A stretch of DNA of 64,000 bases from Elusimicrobiota bacterium (GCA_003151975.1 PLZD01000010.1:201261-265260); one strand, 5' to 3'. Shown: positions 8,474-17,295, counted from the stretch's first letter. The notes: generated by a model from the letters alone, not told the origin. Numbers and translations: made by a program.

Positions 8474-9857
8474 GCAGCTTGGGATCGAGCCGTTTCTCGA
8501 TACTCTCGGCTGACGCCGCGGCGTCGGGGTCCCCTTGCTCGGCCGCGAGCCAGAACCACGCGCAGGCCCAAAGGGTATCGATGACCACGCCGTCGCCGTT
8601 GTAGTACATCACGCCCAGCGCGTTCTGGGCCGCGCCGAGGCCCCCCTCGGCGGAGCGCTTCATCCACGAGAACGCCTCGCGGTCGTCCGGCGCGACTTTC
8701 ATTTGGGCCGCGGTGAGGTCGCCCAAGATGTCCTCGCGGGCGGAGCGGTCTTCTTTCCAGTAGAGCGCGCCGAGGATCGCTTGCGCGGAGTGCTCGCCGC
8801 GCAGGGCCGCGCGGCGCAAGTAAGACAAGCCCGAGGTGAAATCCTGCTCGAGGCCTTGGCCCGTGACGCTCATCATCGCCAGACGAAACAGCGCTTGCGG
8901 CACTTCCTTCTGCGCCGCGCGGCGGTACCACTTGGCGGCTTCGACGTAATCGAGGTCCGTGCCCCAGCCGTGGTCGTAGAGGACGCCGATGTTGTTGGCC
9001 GCCTCGGCCGAGCCGGCGTTTGCGGCCGATTGATACAGAGCCATCGCCGTCTTCATGTCCTTGGGCGCGAGCTTGCCCTCCTGATAGATCCCGGCCAAGG
9101 CGACTTGCGCGTCGGGGACTCCGTCCTTGGCGATTTTCTTAAGCAGCTCGACGAACCTCTTGGCGTCTCCATTTTCGCGGTACTGGAGCACCGCGATGAG
9201 GTAGCCCGCGCGCGCGTTTCCCTTGCGCAGGGATTGCTTGAGAAGATCGAGAGCCTTCTTCGTGTCTTTGGGCGCGCCATACCCGTCGGCAAAGCAAGTG
9301 GCGAGGTTGTACTCCGCCGAGGGATCCCCTTGGGCCGCCGCCTTGGAAAACCACGCGACCGCAAGTTCAGGGTCCTTGGCCACGCCGCGGCCCTCGCGGT
9401 AGAGGACGCCCAAGTTGTATTGCGCCAAGGTTGAGCCGGCATTGGCCGCGAGCTTGAGCAGCGCGACGGCCTTTTCTAGATCGAAATCGATCCCGTCGCC
9501 GGAGAGATAAAGCATCCCCAAGGCGTATTGCGCGGGGGGATAGCCGCGATTGGAGGCGAGCTCGAGAAGCCGCGCGGCTTCCCGGGTATCGCGCGCGACG
9601 CCGCGGCCCAGCGAGTAGAGCGCGCCGAGCCCGTACTGCCCTTGCGGGCTTCCCTGGTCGGACGCTTTCTGGAACCACTTGGCGGCCTCGGCGTCATCGG
9701 CCTTGACGCCCTTGCCCTCGTGATACGCGGCGCCGAGCTCGTACTGCGCCGACGCGTCGCCCGCGGCGGCCTTTGCGCGCAGCGCGGCAACGTTGGCCGC
9801 GCGAACGGGCGAGATCAGAATCAGCGCGAGGAGCGCGAGCAGTGCCTGAGCGAGCAT
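8415..9857 (-). CDS. Secreted Sel1-like repeat (SLR/TPR) protein
   Basis: About 11 AQYxLGxxYxxGxGV...A..W..KAA repeats and a signal peptide. Confidence 0.93.
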   Translation of the reverse strand: MLAQALLALLALILISPVRAANVAALRAKAAAGDASAQYELGAAYHEGKGVKADDAEAAKWFQKASDQGSPQGQYGLGALYSLGRGVARDTREAARLLELASNRGYPPAQYALGMLYLSGDGIDFDLEKAVALLKLAANAGSTLAQYNLGVLYREGRGVAKDPELAVAWFSKAAAQGDPSAEYNLATCFADGYGAPKDTKKALDLLKQSLRKGNARAGYLIAVLQYRENGDAKRFVELLKKIAKDGVPDAQVALAGIYQEGKLAPKDMKTAMALYQSAANAGSAEAANNIGVLYDHGWGTDLDYVEAAKWYRRAAQKEVPQALFRLAMMSVTGQGLEQDFTSGLSYLRRAALRGEHSAQAILGALYWKEDRSAREDILGDLTAAQMKVAPDDREAFSWMKRSAEGGLGAAQNALGVMYYNGDGVVIDTLWACAWFWLAAEQGDPDAAASAESIEKRLDPKLLTEARSRLVELRKSQTPRD

Positions 9858-9876
9858 GTTACAAGTTTAGAAAATC

Positions 9877-9913
9877 TGGGTCTTGACCGGCTGGAAAATC
9901 CAGCTATACTTAG
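9877..9913 (+). promoter_or_regulatory. Sigma70-type promoter TTGACC-16-TATACT with internal palindrome GCTGGA-AAA-TCCAGC
   Basis: Read directly; near-duplicate of the promoter at 16845-16881. Confidence 0.7.
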
Positions 9914-9956
9914 ATTCGCGCCGCGTCTGTACACCAGTACCTCGCACGGAGGCACG

Positions 9957-10103
9957 ATGAACGGACCGCTGAAAAAGACATTCGACTGCCCGACGGTGCC
10001 GCGTCTCAAAGGCGACAAGCCCTTGTTCAAGGACGGCAAGCTCGTGGGCGTCATGCTCGAAGCCTATTGGCGCGAGCCGGATTCCCGGTCCGTCGAGCCC
10101 TAG
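9957..10103 (+). CDS. 48-aa hypothetical small protein (MNGPLKKTFDCPTVPRLKGDKPLFKDGKLVGVMLEAYWREPDSRSVEP)
   Basis: GGAGG RBS, upstream promoter and host-like codon usage. Confidence 0.65.
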   Translation: MNGPLKKTFDCPTVPRLKGDKPLFKDGKLVGVMLEAYWREPDSRSVEP

Positions 10104-10276
10104 TCCCACCGCAACTTAGCCCAAGGCCAGTACCGACAAAGCCGCGATCCTTTGCGCCGATGCCTACCCCATCGGCAGCCGCGGCATTCCGGCAGAAAAA
10201 TCCTGAGGCCCAGAGCCCCGCCGCCGTTTCGCTCGGGGTTTTGTTGGGCGACGGGCGCGGGGCTCTGGTGCCTCAT
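10100..10276 (-). other. Highly structured locus: candidate ncRNA and/or 58-aa Cys/Arg/Trp-rich ORF
   Basis: Two long hairpins (10204-10275 and ~10131-10194); upstream 29-bp motif shared with comEC; its stop overlaps the convergent gene's stop (CTAG). Confidence 0.45.
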
Positions 10277-10282
10277 AATATA

Positions 10283-10311
10283 TATACGATTGACCCCCCC
10301 AAAATGTTCCA
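10283..10311 (-). promoter_or_regulatory. ECF-sigma-like promoter TGGAAC-17-CGTA, copy 1
   Basis: TGGAACATTTTGGGGGGGTCAATCGTATA; 28/29 identical to 27905-27933. Confidence 0.6.
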
Positions 10312-10339
10312 CTTTGGGCGCGCGCTCGACGGAGAGATG

Positions 10340-11698
10340 TCAGGGGTTTGCGGACTGCAGGCGGGTGAGCTGGTCCTTAAGCAGGCGCTTGGTTCGCGCC
10401 GAGGCGCCCACTTCGAGCGCCTTGCGGAAGAATTTCACGGCCTGAGCGGTGTCGCCCTCGGCGACAAGGCAGAGCCCGAAGCCCGTGTAGGCGTCGGCCA
10501 CGACCGGGTCGCTCATTCCCAGCTTGGAGGCCAGATTCATCGCCTCGGCATACGAGTATTTCGCTCTGGGGATGTCGCCGTTGAAGCGCGCGATCGTTCC
10601 CATCCGCTCGTGGTACAGGACGCGCAGGCGGTCGTCGGGGGCGAGGAGTGCTGCCGCGGCGTCGAGTTCGGTCGTAGCCGCCTTGAGGTCGCCGGCCTCG
10701 ATGAGTTTCTGCGCGGAGATGAAATGGTTCTCAGGGGTGGCGGGCGTGGAGCCTGACTCGACCGCGGGAGCGGCGGCCTTCGGCGGGGCGCCGCCCCAGC
10801 GAATCGTGGCGCTGACGCGGTTTGAGATACCCAGCGTGCCCAAAGGCGCGATGGCGTAGTCGATCGAGAGGGTCTTCCAAATCCAGCCGACGCCCGCGGT
10901 GATTCCGACGCCGGCGTCGTTGCGCGTGGTAAATCCGAGGCGGAAGGCGATCATCTTGTCGTAGACGGACTCGAGGCCGAAGCCCATGCGGACTTTGTCG
11001 GCCGTCTCACGCGTGACGTCGAGAGCGAAGGTGTTGTCCATCTTGAAGGCGGGGAAGGCGTAGGCCGTTCCCAAGCGCCAGAGCATCGGCAGCCGCTCGC
11101 TATGGCTTGCGAACTTCACGTTGGGGCCCATGTTGAGGATCGAGGCGCCGAAGGTCAGCCCCTTCATCTGCTCGACGGAGTAGAGCGCGCCGGCGTCGAA
11201 GGCGACTCCATTGGCCTGCGTCGTGTCGATGGTCTCGCGAATGAGCTTGGCGCCGCCGCCCAGGCTCAAGGACGGCGTGAGCGCGCGGCCGTAGCCTCCG
11301 GAAAGAGCGAAGTCGTTGAGCCCGAAGGTCGAGCCCGTGCCGCCCGGCTGGGACAAGGTCGTGCGGTTGATGCTCCCGAAGTCGAGGTAGTTCATGCTCA
11401 GGCCCCAGCCTTGCTTGGAGGCAAAGCCCACGTACTCCTGGCTCAGGCCCTGCACGTACTCGTTGTGCATGAAAGTCGCCTCGTAGTTGTCGACCCGCGC
11501 CAGTCCCGCGGGATTGTAGAGCAGGGCGTTGGAGTCGGTCGCCAGGGCCGTGTAAGCGCCGCCCAAGCCCACGGCGCGCGCGTTGGCGTCGATCGTCAGG
11601 AAATCAAACGAGGAGGCGCCGGCGGCGGAATCCGCCCAGGCCCGCGGGCTTGCGCCCGCGAGCACGAGAAACGCCGCCAGCAGCCTCATGGTTCTCAT
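10340..11698 (-). CDS. PorV/PorQ-family outer-membrane beta-barrel protein with C-terminal TPR domain
   Basis: FLTIDANARAVGLGGAYTALATDSNALLYNPAGLA is the typical PorV/FadL-like N-terminus; TPR-like helices at the C-terminus. Confidence 0.85.
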   Translation of the reverse strand: MRTMRLLAAFLVLAGASPRAWADSAAGASSFDFLTIDANARAVGLGGAYTALATDSNALLYNPAGLARVDNYEATFMHNEYVQGLSQEYVGFASKQGWGLSMNYLDFGSINRTTLSQPGGTGSTFGLNDFALSGGYGRALTPSLSLGGGAKLIRETIDTTQANGVAFDAGALYSVEQMKGLTFGASILNMGPNVKFASHSERLPMLWRLGTAYAFPAFKMDNTFALDVTRETADKVRMGFGLESVYDKMIAFRLGFTTRNDAGVGITAGVGWIWKTLSIDYAIAPLGTLGISNRVSATIRWGGAPPKAAAPAVESGSTPATPENHFISAQKLIEAGDLKAATTELDAAAALLAPDDRLRVLYHERMGTIARFNGDIPRAKYSYAEAMNLASKLGMSDPVVADAYTGFGLCLVAEGDTAQAVKFFRKALEVGASARTKRLLKDQLTRLQSANP

Positions 11699-14600
11699 CT
11701 GATGATCGCGATTTTACGCACGACGCTCCTGATACCCGGCGAAGTGATGACCGCCAGGTAGCCTCCCGACGCGACGTCGGCGCCGTCCTGATTCTTGGCG
11801 TCCCAGTGCGTCGTTCCGCTGCCGCTCGACGAGTCGAATTTGGCGACCATCCGGCCCGAGGCGGTGTAGATCGTGATCGTGACCACGCCGGGCAGATTGT
11901 CGAAAACGATGCCGGAGGTCGCATCGCCGAAGCTGAAAGGCTTGCCCTCGTCGGGATTGCCGCCGTTGGGCTTGAACGGATTCGGGTAGACGCGCACCGC
12001 GCTGAGGTCGGCGGACGCCGGGCTGCCGGCGATGATCGCGAAGATGCTGAAGTGCGGCGTAAAGCCCGTGATCGTGTGGCTGGCCAAGTTCACCGTCGAT
12101 GCGAAATCCTTGCTCCACTGACCCGTGTTCGGATTGAGCGAATAGATTTGGAAGGTCTCGGGGAATTGCGCGGTGTCGGGATAAGACAGCGTGATCTCGG
12201 CCAACGACCCGCCCGAGAGATTGTGCTGGCTGTTGTCGAGGTCGACCTCCATCGCCGAGCCCGCGAAGGTCAGGCCCAAAGGGGGGCCCGTCGTGATCGT
12301 CGGATTGCTCGTGACGGTGAAAGTCACGGAGGAGGTATTCAAGGCGCCGGGCGGCAGAACGATGCCGCAGAGCGGGTCCGTCGGCGCGGCGCCGCCGGCG
12401 GAGATATTATTCGTTACGGTGTTGTTTACGACCTGCTGCGTCTGGTCCTTGCCCCCGACCTGGTTCTCGTTGAGCGTCGGCGTCACCGGATCGACGACAA
12501 CGGTGATGGCGCTGGGTGCCGTGTCCGAGCTCCCGTTGACGCCGACGGCCACGACGCGCAGATCATAGCTTCCGGGGGCGACCGCGGTGACATCCCAATG
12601 GATGAAGAACGGGGAGATGGTGTCGGGGTTGGGGTGATTGACGTCGGCGGCCGGAACCATCGCCCACGCGGTCGAACCCGAGACGCGGTACTCGAAGGTC
12701 AACTGCTGGACCTGGTCGGGCGTTCCTGAGACGATCGACGCCGTGATCGTTACGCTGTTGCCGTTGATGTGCTTGCCGGAATCGGGTGACTTGATGGCGG
12801 CGCGGACCGAGGACAAAGTCGCGGTCGCCGCCGCGATTGCGTAGACGCCCGTCGTCTCGGTGGCGCCGCAGCGGTGGGTCGTGCGCAGCGCGAAGGAATA
12901 CGCCGCGGTCGAGGCGAGCACGCCCGTCGTGAAGCTCGTTTGCGGTGAAGCGAGCACCGCCAGCGGCGCGCCGTAGTTGATGGCGCCGGTCCCGGCGTCG
13001 TAATAGAGCGAGTACTGCGTCACGCCTTCGGTCGGCGAGGCGATCCACGACAGCGCGATCTGGCCGCCGGGAAGCGAGTTCGCCGTGAAGCCCGCGGCGG
13101 GCGCGGGCACGGTGTTGGAGGTCAGCACGCTGATGGTCGAGGCGAAGACTGAGGGAACATTCGCGAAGTTCCAGTTGCGCACGCCGTAGTAGTAGGTCGT
13201 GCAGCCAAGCAGGCCCGACGCGACGAACTGCGTCGCGGCGCCCGAGAAGACAGTGGTGAACGTCGCGTCGTTGAGCGAGAATTGGACCTCCGCGGTCGTG
13301 CCCGCGGGATTCGAGTTCAAGAGCCAGCTGATCGTCGCCGAGGTCGCCCAGATCGAAGACGCCGTCGTGCCTGTCGGCGGATTGGCCAAAGTGTAGGCGG
13401 TCGCGGGAGTTGGCGAGAGAGGGCCCCCGCCGCTGGCGTTGTAGCCGATCGTCCGAAGGATGTGCGGCGTGTTCGGCGCCAGGCTGGTCTCCGAGTAGAG
13501 CGTCGTGGTCGTCGCGGCGAGCAAGGTCGGACCGCCCACGTACTCGTAGGCGAGATAGGTCGTCGCGCTCGAGGCCAGCGACCAGCTCCAGTTGATCGCG
13601 GTTGTCGACAGCACGGTCGGAGAAGGCGCGCCGGGCGCGCCGGGAACGGTCGGCAGGGTCTGCTGGGCGCCGATGAAGGTGAAGGGTCCGGCCGCGGCCG
13701 TGGCGACCTGGACGTAGTAGGTCGTGTTCTGGCTCAGCGAAGTATAGGCTTTGAAGAGATTCGTCGTGTTCAGGTATTGATTGCTCGCAAGACCGTTGGG
13801 GAAGGGCCCCGATGAGAGCTGGGTGTAGAAAAGCGTTCCGTTGGGGAAGGTTGAGGTCCAATTGGCGGTCAGGCCGTTGATCGAGACCGCCGTAAACGCG
13901 GCGCCGGTGATTGTCGCCGGCAAGGTTGTGGCCGAGCTCAGGCTGATGAAGGGGCCCGCCGGCGCGGTCGCGACTTCGGCGTAGTAGGTCGAGGCGGCGT
14001 TCAAATTCCCGAAGAGCGCCGAGAGGTTGAACGTGTTCGAGCTTTGGTTTCCGGTAAACGCGTTTGGAAACGCGCCGGAGGAGAACTCGACGTAGTAGAA
14101 CGTGCCGGAGGAGTAGGTCGAGGTCCAGTTGACGGTGACGGTGTTGACGGTGACGACGAAGGCGGCGGGGAAAATCGTCGGCGGCGGCGCGGTCGGCGTG
14201 AAGCCGAGGCTCGTGAAGGGGCCGGCCGGCGCGGTGGCGACTTCGGCGTAGTAGGTCGAGCTGCCGGTCAGGCCCGAGTAAGACGCGCTGAGATTGAGCG
14301 TGTTCGAGCTTTGGTTGCCGGTGTACGCGTTGGGAAACGCCCCCGACGAGAGATTCGTGTAATACAGCGTTCCCGACGAGAACGTCGAGCCCCAATTGGC
14401 CGTGAGCGTGTACGACGAGATCGCGGTGTAGCCGCCGGGCGTGATGAACGGGCCGGCCGGAGTCGTGACGTTTCCGAGACTCGTGAACGGACCCGCGGTC
14501 GCCGTGCCCACTTCCGCGTAGTACTTCACGCTGCCTGCCAGGCCGGTGAAAGGCGCGTCGGTGTTGAAGGTGTTCGAGCTTTGGTTGCCGGTAAAGGTGT

Positions 14601-16737
14601 TGGGGAACACGCCCGTCGAGAGATTGGCGTAATAAAATGAGCCCGGGGGGTAGCTCGACGTCCAGTTGGCCGTCAGATAATTGCTGTTGACGGTGGTGAA
14701 GGCCAGAGCGGAGATGCTCGCGTTGAACGGCACGAGTTTGAAGCCGATGCTGAAGAACGGGCCCGCCGGCGTGGTGGCGACCTGGGCAAAATAGGAGGTG
14801 TTCGGCGTCAGTCCGACGAACGCCACCGAGAGGTTGAGCGTGTTGGAGCTCAAGTTCCCCGTGAACGCGTTGGGAAACGCGCCGGAAGACATTTGCAGGT
14901 AGTAGAGCGTGCCGGCGGAGAAAGTCGAGATCCAGTTCGTCGTCAGCGTCGTGGAGGAGACCCCGGTGAAGGCCGCGCCCACGATCGGATTGGCCAAGGT
15001 CGTCGTTGAGCCGATGCTCGTGAAGGGTCCCGTCGCCGCGGTGCCGACTTCGACGAAGTACGCCGTGCTCGCCGAGAGCCCCGCGAAGTAGGCGTTGAGA
15101 TTAAAGGTGTTGGAGCTTTGATTGCCGGTGAACGCGTTGGGGAAGGCGCCGGAAGAAATCTGGGTGTAGAAGAACGTGCCGCCCGGGAAGGTCGTCGTCC
15201 AATTGGCGGTCAGGATGTTGTAGTTGATGCCGGTGAAGGGCGCGCCCGTGACGGTGTAGGGCAAGGTCGTCGTCGAGCCTATGATCGTGAACGGCCCCGT
15301 CGCCGCCGTCGCGACCTCGACGAAGTACGCCGTGCTTCCCGTGAGCCCCGCGAAGGCCGCGTTGAGGTTGAAGGTGTTCGAGCTTTGGTTTCCCGTGAAC
15401 GCGTTGGGAAACGCGCCGGAGGAGAGCTGGGCGTAGTAGAAGGTTCCGGTCGAGTAAGTCGTCGTCCAGTGGGCGGTTAAGGCGTTGTAGGCGACTGCGG
15501 TGAAGAGGGCGGCGGTGATGGCCGGGCCGGCCAAGGTCGTCGTCGAGCCGAGGCTCGTGAACGGCCCCGTCGCCGCCGTGCCGACCTCGACGAAGTACGC
15601 GGTGCTTGTGGACAGCGCCGTGAAGGCGGCGTTGAGATTGAAGGTGTTGGAGCTTTGGTTGCCGGTGAACGCGTTGGGGAACGCGCCGGATGAGAGTTGA
15701 GCGTAGTAGAACGTTCCAGTGGAGTAAGTCGTGGTCCAATGGGCGGTCAGATAGTTGTTGTTGACGGTGGTGAACGACGCCGCGGTGATGGCCGGGCTGG
15801 TCGTCGTGAAGGTCGAGCTCAGGCTTGTGAAGGGGCCCGCCGCCGCGGTCGCGACCTGGGCGTAGTAGTGTGTGCCTCCCGAAAGCCCCGCGAAGACCGC
15901 GTCGAGGTTGAAGGTATTGGAACTGACGTTCGTTGGAGAGGCGTTGGGGAAAGGGCCGGTTGAAAGCTGCGCGTAATACAAAGTCCCGGTGGAATAAGTC
16001 GTCGTCCAATTGGTGGTGAGGTAGTTGTAGTTGACGGTCGTGAACGACGCGGCGGTGATGGCGGGATTGGCCGATGTCGAGGTCGCGCCAAGACTCGTGA
16101 AAGGCCCCGTCGCCGCGGTCGCCACCTCGACGTAGTAGGCCGTGCTTCCGGACAGTCCCGAGTAGGCGGCGTTGAGGTTGAAGGTGTTCGAACTTTGATT
16201 CCCGGTCCACGAGTTGGGAAACACGTCGGTGGATAGCTGCGTGTAGTAGAGCGTGCCGGCCGGGAAGGTCGAGTTCCAATTCGAGGTCAAGTAGTTAGAG
16301 TTGACCGTGGTGAAGGCGGCGGGGGTGATTGCGGAGGAAGTCTCGGTCGAATAGAGACTCTGGATGGTCCCGCCGGCGGGCAAGGTGGAGACTTGCGCGA
16401 AATAGACCGTGCTGGGAGCAAGCCCAGCGAAGGTCGCGAAGGTGTTATTCGTCGACGAGCTTTGGTTGCCGGCGTAAGCGTTGGGAAACGCCGCCGAGGA
16501 GATTTGCGCGAAATACGTGGTGCCGCCTGCAAAGGTCGAGGACCAATTCGCCGTCGCCGAGACGCCGGTGATCGCGGTGAAAGGCGAGCTCGACAGAGTC
16601 TGGGCGCGGGCTTTGACCGCGCCCGCGGTCAGGAGAGAGACAACGAGAAAAAAAAGAGCCGCCGCGGAGAGCGTCTTCCGCGACCGGCATCGTTCGACGA
16701 CTCGGGGCCTAACCCCCGCGAGATTATCGCTGAGCAT
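11695..16737 (-). CDS. Large surface protein/adhesin: 11 tandem ~90-aa FN3-like repeats, further FN3/Ig domains, and a T9SS-type/FlgD-Ig C-terminal domain
   Basis: Repeats read directly; C-terminus VYPNPFKP...ITIYTASGRMV...WDAKNQDGADVASGGY...KIAIIR. Confidence 0.88.
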   Translation of the reverse strand: MLSDNLAGVRPRVVERCRSRKTLSAAALFFLVVSLLTAGAVKARAQTLSSSPFTAITGVSATANWSSTFAGGTTYFAQISSAAFPNAYAGNQSSSTNNTFATFAGLAPSTVYFAQVSTLPAGGTIQSLYSTETSSAITPAAFTTVNSNYLTSNWNSTFPAGTLYYTQLSTDVFPNSWTGNQSSNTFNLNAAYSGLSGSTAYYVEVATAATGPFTSLGATSTSANPAITAASFTTVNYNYLTTNWTTTYSTGTLYYAQLSTGPFPNASPTNVSSNTFNLDAVFAGLSGGTHYYAQVATAAAGPFTSLSSTFTTTSPAITAASFTTVNNNYLTAHWTTTYSTGTFYYAQLSSGAFPNAFTGNQSSNTFNLNAAFTALSTSTAYFVEVGTAATGPFTSLGSTTTLAGPAITAALFTAVAYNALTAHWTTTYSTGTFYYAQLSSGAFPNAFTGNQSSNTFNLNAAFAGLTGSTAYFVEVATAATGPFTIIGSTTTLPYTVTGAPFTGINYNILTANWTTTFPGGTFFYTQISSGAFPNAFTGNQSSNTFNLNAYFAGLSASTAYFVEVGTAATGPFTSIGSTTTLANPIVGAAFTGVSSTTLTTNWISTFSAGTLYYLQMSSGAFPNAFTGNLSSNTLNLSVAFVGLTPNTSYFAQVATTPAGPFFSIGFKLVPFNASISALAFTTVNSNYLTANWTSSYPPGSFYYANLSTGVFPNTFTGNQSSNTFNTDAPFTGLAGSVKYYAEVGTATAGPFTSLGNVTTPAGPFITPGGYTAISSYTLTANWGSTFSSGTLYYTNLSSGAFPNAYTGNQSSNTLNLSASYSGLTGSSTYYAEVATAPAGPFTSLGFTPTAPPPTIFPAAFVVTVNTVTVNWTSTYSSGTFYYVEFSSGAFPNAFTGNQSSNTFNLSALFGNLNAASTYYAEVATAPAGPFISLSSATTLPATITGAAFTAVSINGLTANWTSTFPNGTLFYTQLSSGPFPNGLASNQYLNTTNLFKAYTSLSQNTTYYVQVATAAAGPFTFIGAQQTLPTVPGAPGAPSPTVLSTTAINWSWSLASSATTYLAYEYVGGPTLLAATTTTLYSETSLAPNTPHILRTIGYNASGGGPLSPTPATAYTLANPPTGTTASSIWATSATISWLLNSNPAGTTAEVQFSLNDATFTTVFSGAATQFVASGLLGCTTYYYGVRNWNFANVPSVFASTISVLTSNTVPAPAAGFTANSLPGGQIALSWIASPTEGVTQYSLYYDAGTGAINYGAPLAVLASPQTSFTTGVLASTAAYSFALRTTHRCGATETTGVYAIAAATATLSSVRAAIKSPDSGKHINGNSVTITASIVSGTPDQVQQLTFEYRVSGSTAWAMVPAADVNHPNPDTISPFFIHWDVTAVAPGSYDLRVVAVGVNGSSDTAPSAITVVVDPVTPTLNENQVGGKDQTQQVVNNTVTNNISAGGAAPTDPLCGIVLPPGALNTSSVTFTVTSNPTITTGPPLGLTFAGSAMEVDLDNSQHNLSGGSLAEITLSYPDTAQFPETFQIYSLNPNTGQWSKDFASTVNLASHTITGFTPHFSIFAIIAGSPASADLSAVRVYPNPFKPNGGNPDEGKPFSFGDATSGIVFDNLPGVVTITIYTASGRMVAKFDSSSGSGTTHWDAKNQDGADVASGGYLAVITSPGIRSVVRKIAIIR
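13655..16599 (-). repeat. Eleven intragenic tandem repeats of ~270 bp
   Basis: Recurring GAFPNAFTGNQSSNTFNL unit; identical DNA landmarks 270 bp apart (e.g. 15515 and 15785). Confidence 0.9.
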
Positions 16738-16740
16738 TCA

Positions 16741-16815
16741 TTCGGTAGCCTGACCCTCCCCAACCGGGAGTCTTGGCTTTGCGCCCCGGGCTTGCGCCCG
16801 GTTTGCCCTTATCGC
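16741..16815 (-). ncRNA. Cyclic di-GMP-I (GEMM-I) riboswitch
   Basis: GAUAAGGGCAAACC-GGGC-GCAA-GCCC-GG-GGCGCAAAGCC...GGCUACCGAA matches the class I consensus, with G at the position-20 equivalent. Confidence 0.88.
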
Positions 16816-16844
16816 CCGCCCTTAACGCGGGGCGGGAGCATCCC

Positions 16845-16881
16845 CTAAGTATAGCCGGATACCGAGAGCCGTCAAGACCCA
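16845..16881 (-). promoter_or_regulatory. Sigma70-type promoter TTGACG-16-TATACT for the riboswitch-adhesin-porV transcript
   Basis: Read directly, just upstream of the riboswitch. Confidence 0.75.
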
Positions 16882-16904
16882 ACTACGGACATATTAAGAG
16901 GTAC

Positions 16905-17273
16905 TTATTTACCTAATACGGTGATGTCGATCTCGTCGACCGGCTTGCAGACGTCGCGGCAGACGAAGAGCTGGATGCGGCTTTGGCAGCCCGAGTCGGA
17001 GGAGAAATTCTTTACGTTCCACGCCATGCCCTCGATGCTCAGCTTGTAGTTGCCTTGGGCGTCGGTCGTGGTCTGACGCTCGCGGATCATCTTCTCGCTC
17101 TCGCCCTGCAGGTTCTCGCAGTGCTTGAGCAGCTGGGCCTTGATGACGATGGGCTTGCCGTCCTCGAGCACGGCCTTGCCCTTGAAGGTTTTCCAGTAAG
17201 CCTTGGGGTAAATGACGCAGCCGCAGAGGCTTGCGGTCGCCGTCAGGCACGCCAGGATCAGCGGGCGGTTCAT
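16905..17273 (-). CDS. Cys-containing putative lipoprotein
   Basis: Lipobox-like SLCGC; TAAGAT 6 nt upstream of ATG. Confidence 0.7.
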   Translation of the reverse strand: MNRPLILACLTATASLCGCVIYPKAYWKTFKGKAVLEDGKPIVIKAQLLKHCENLQGESEKMIRERQTTTDAQGNYKLSIEGMAWNVKNFSSDSGCQSRIQLFVCRDVCKPVDEIDITVLGK

Positions 17274-17295
17274 CGAACGATCTTACAAAATCCCA

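Noticed and set aside
10100..10280. SRP RNA, 6S RNA, tRNA or retron msr-msd
   Set aside because: No SRP domain IV motif, no cloverleaf, two separate hairpins rather than one 6S-like rod, and no reverse transcriptase in the window
12563..16279. Long alternative-frame ORFs (610 aa, 392 aa) inside the adhesin, and other long shadow ORFs such as 40932-42821
   Set aside because: Arg-rich shadow frames expected from high GC3 codon bias; no protein motifs
13655..16599. Adhesin repeats as DGR template/variable repeats
   Set aside because: No reverse transcriptase and differences are not adenine-specific; ordinary in-frame domain duplication
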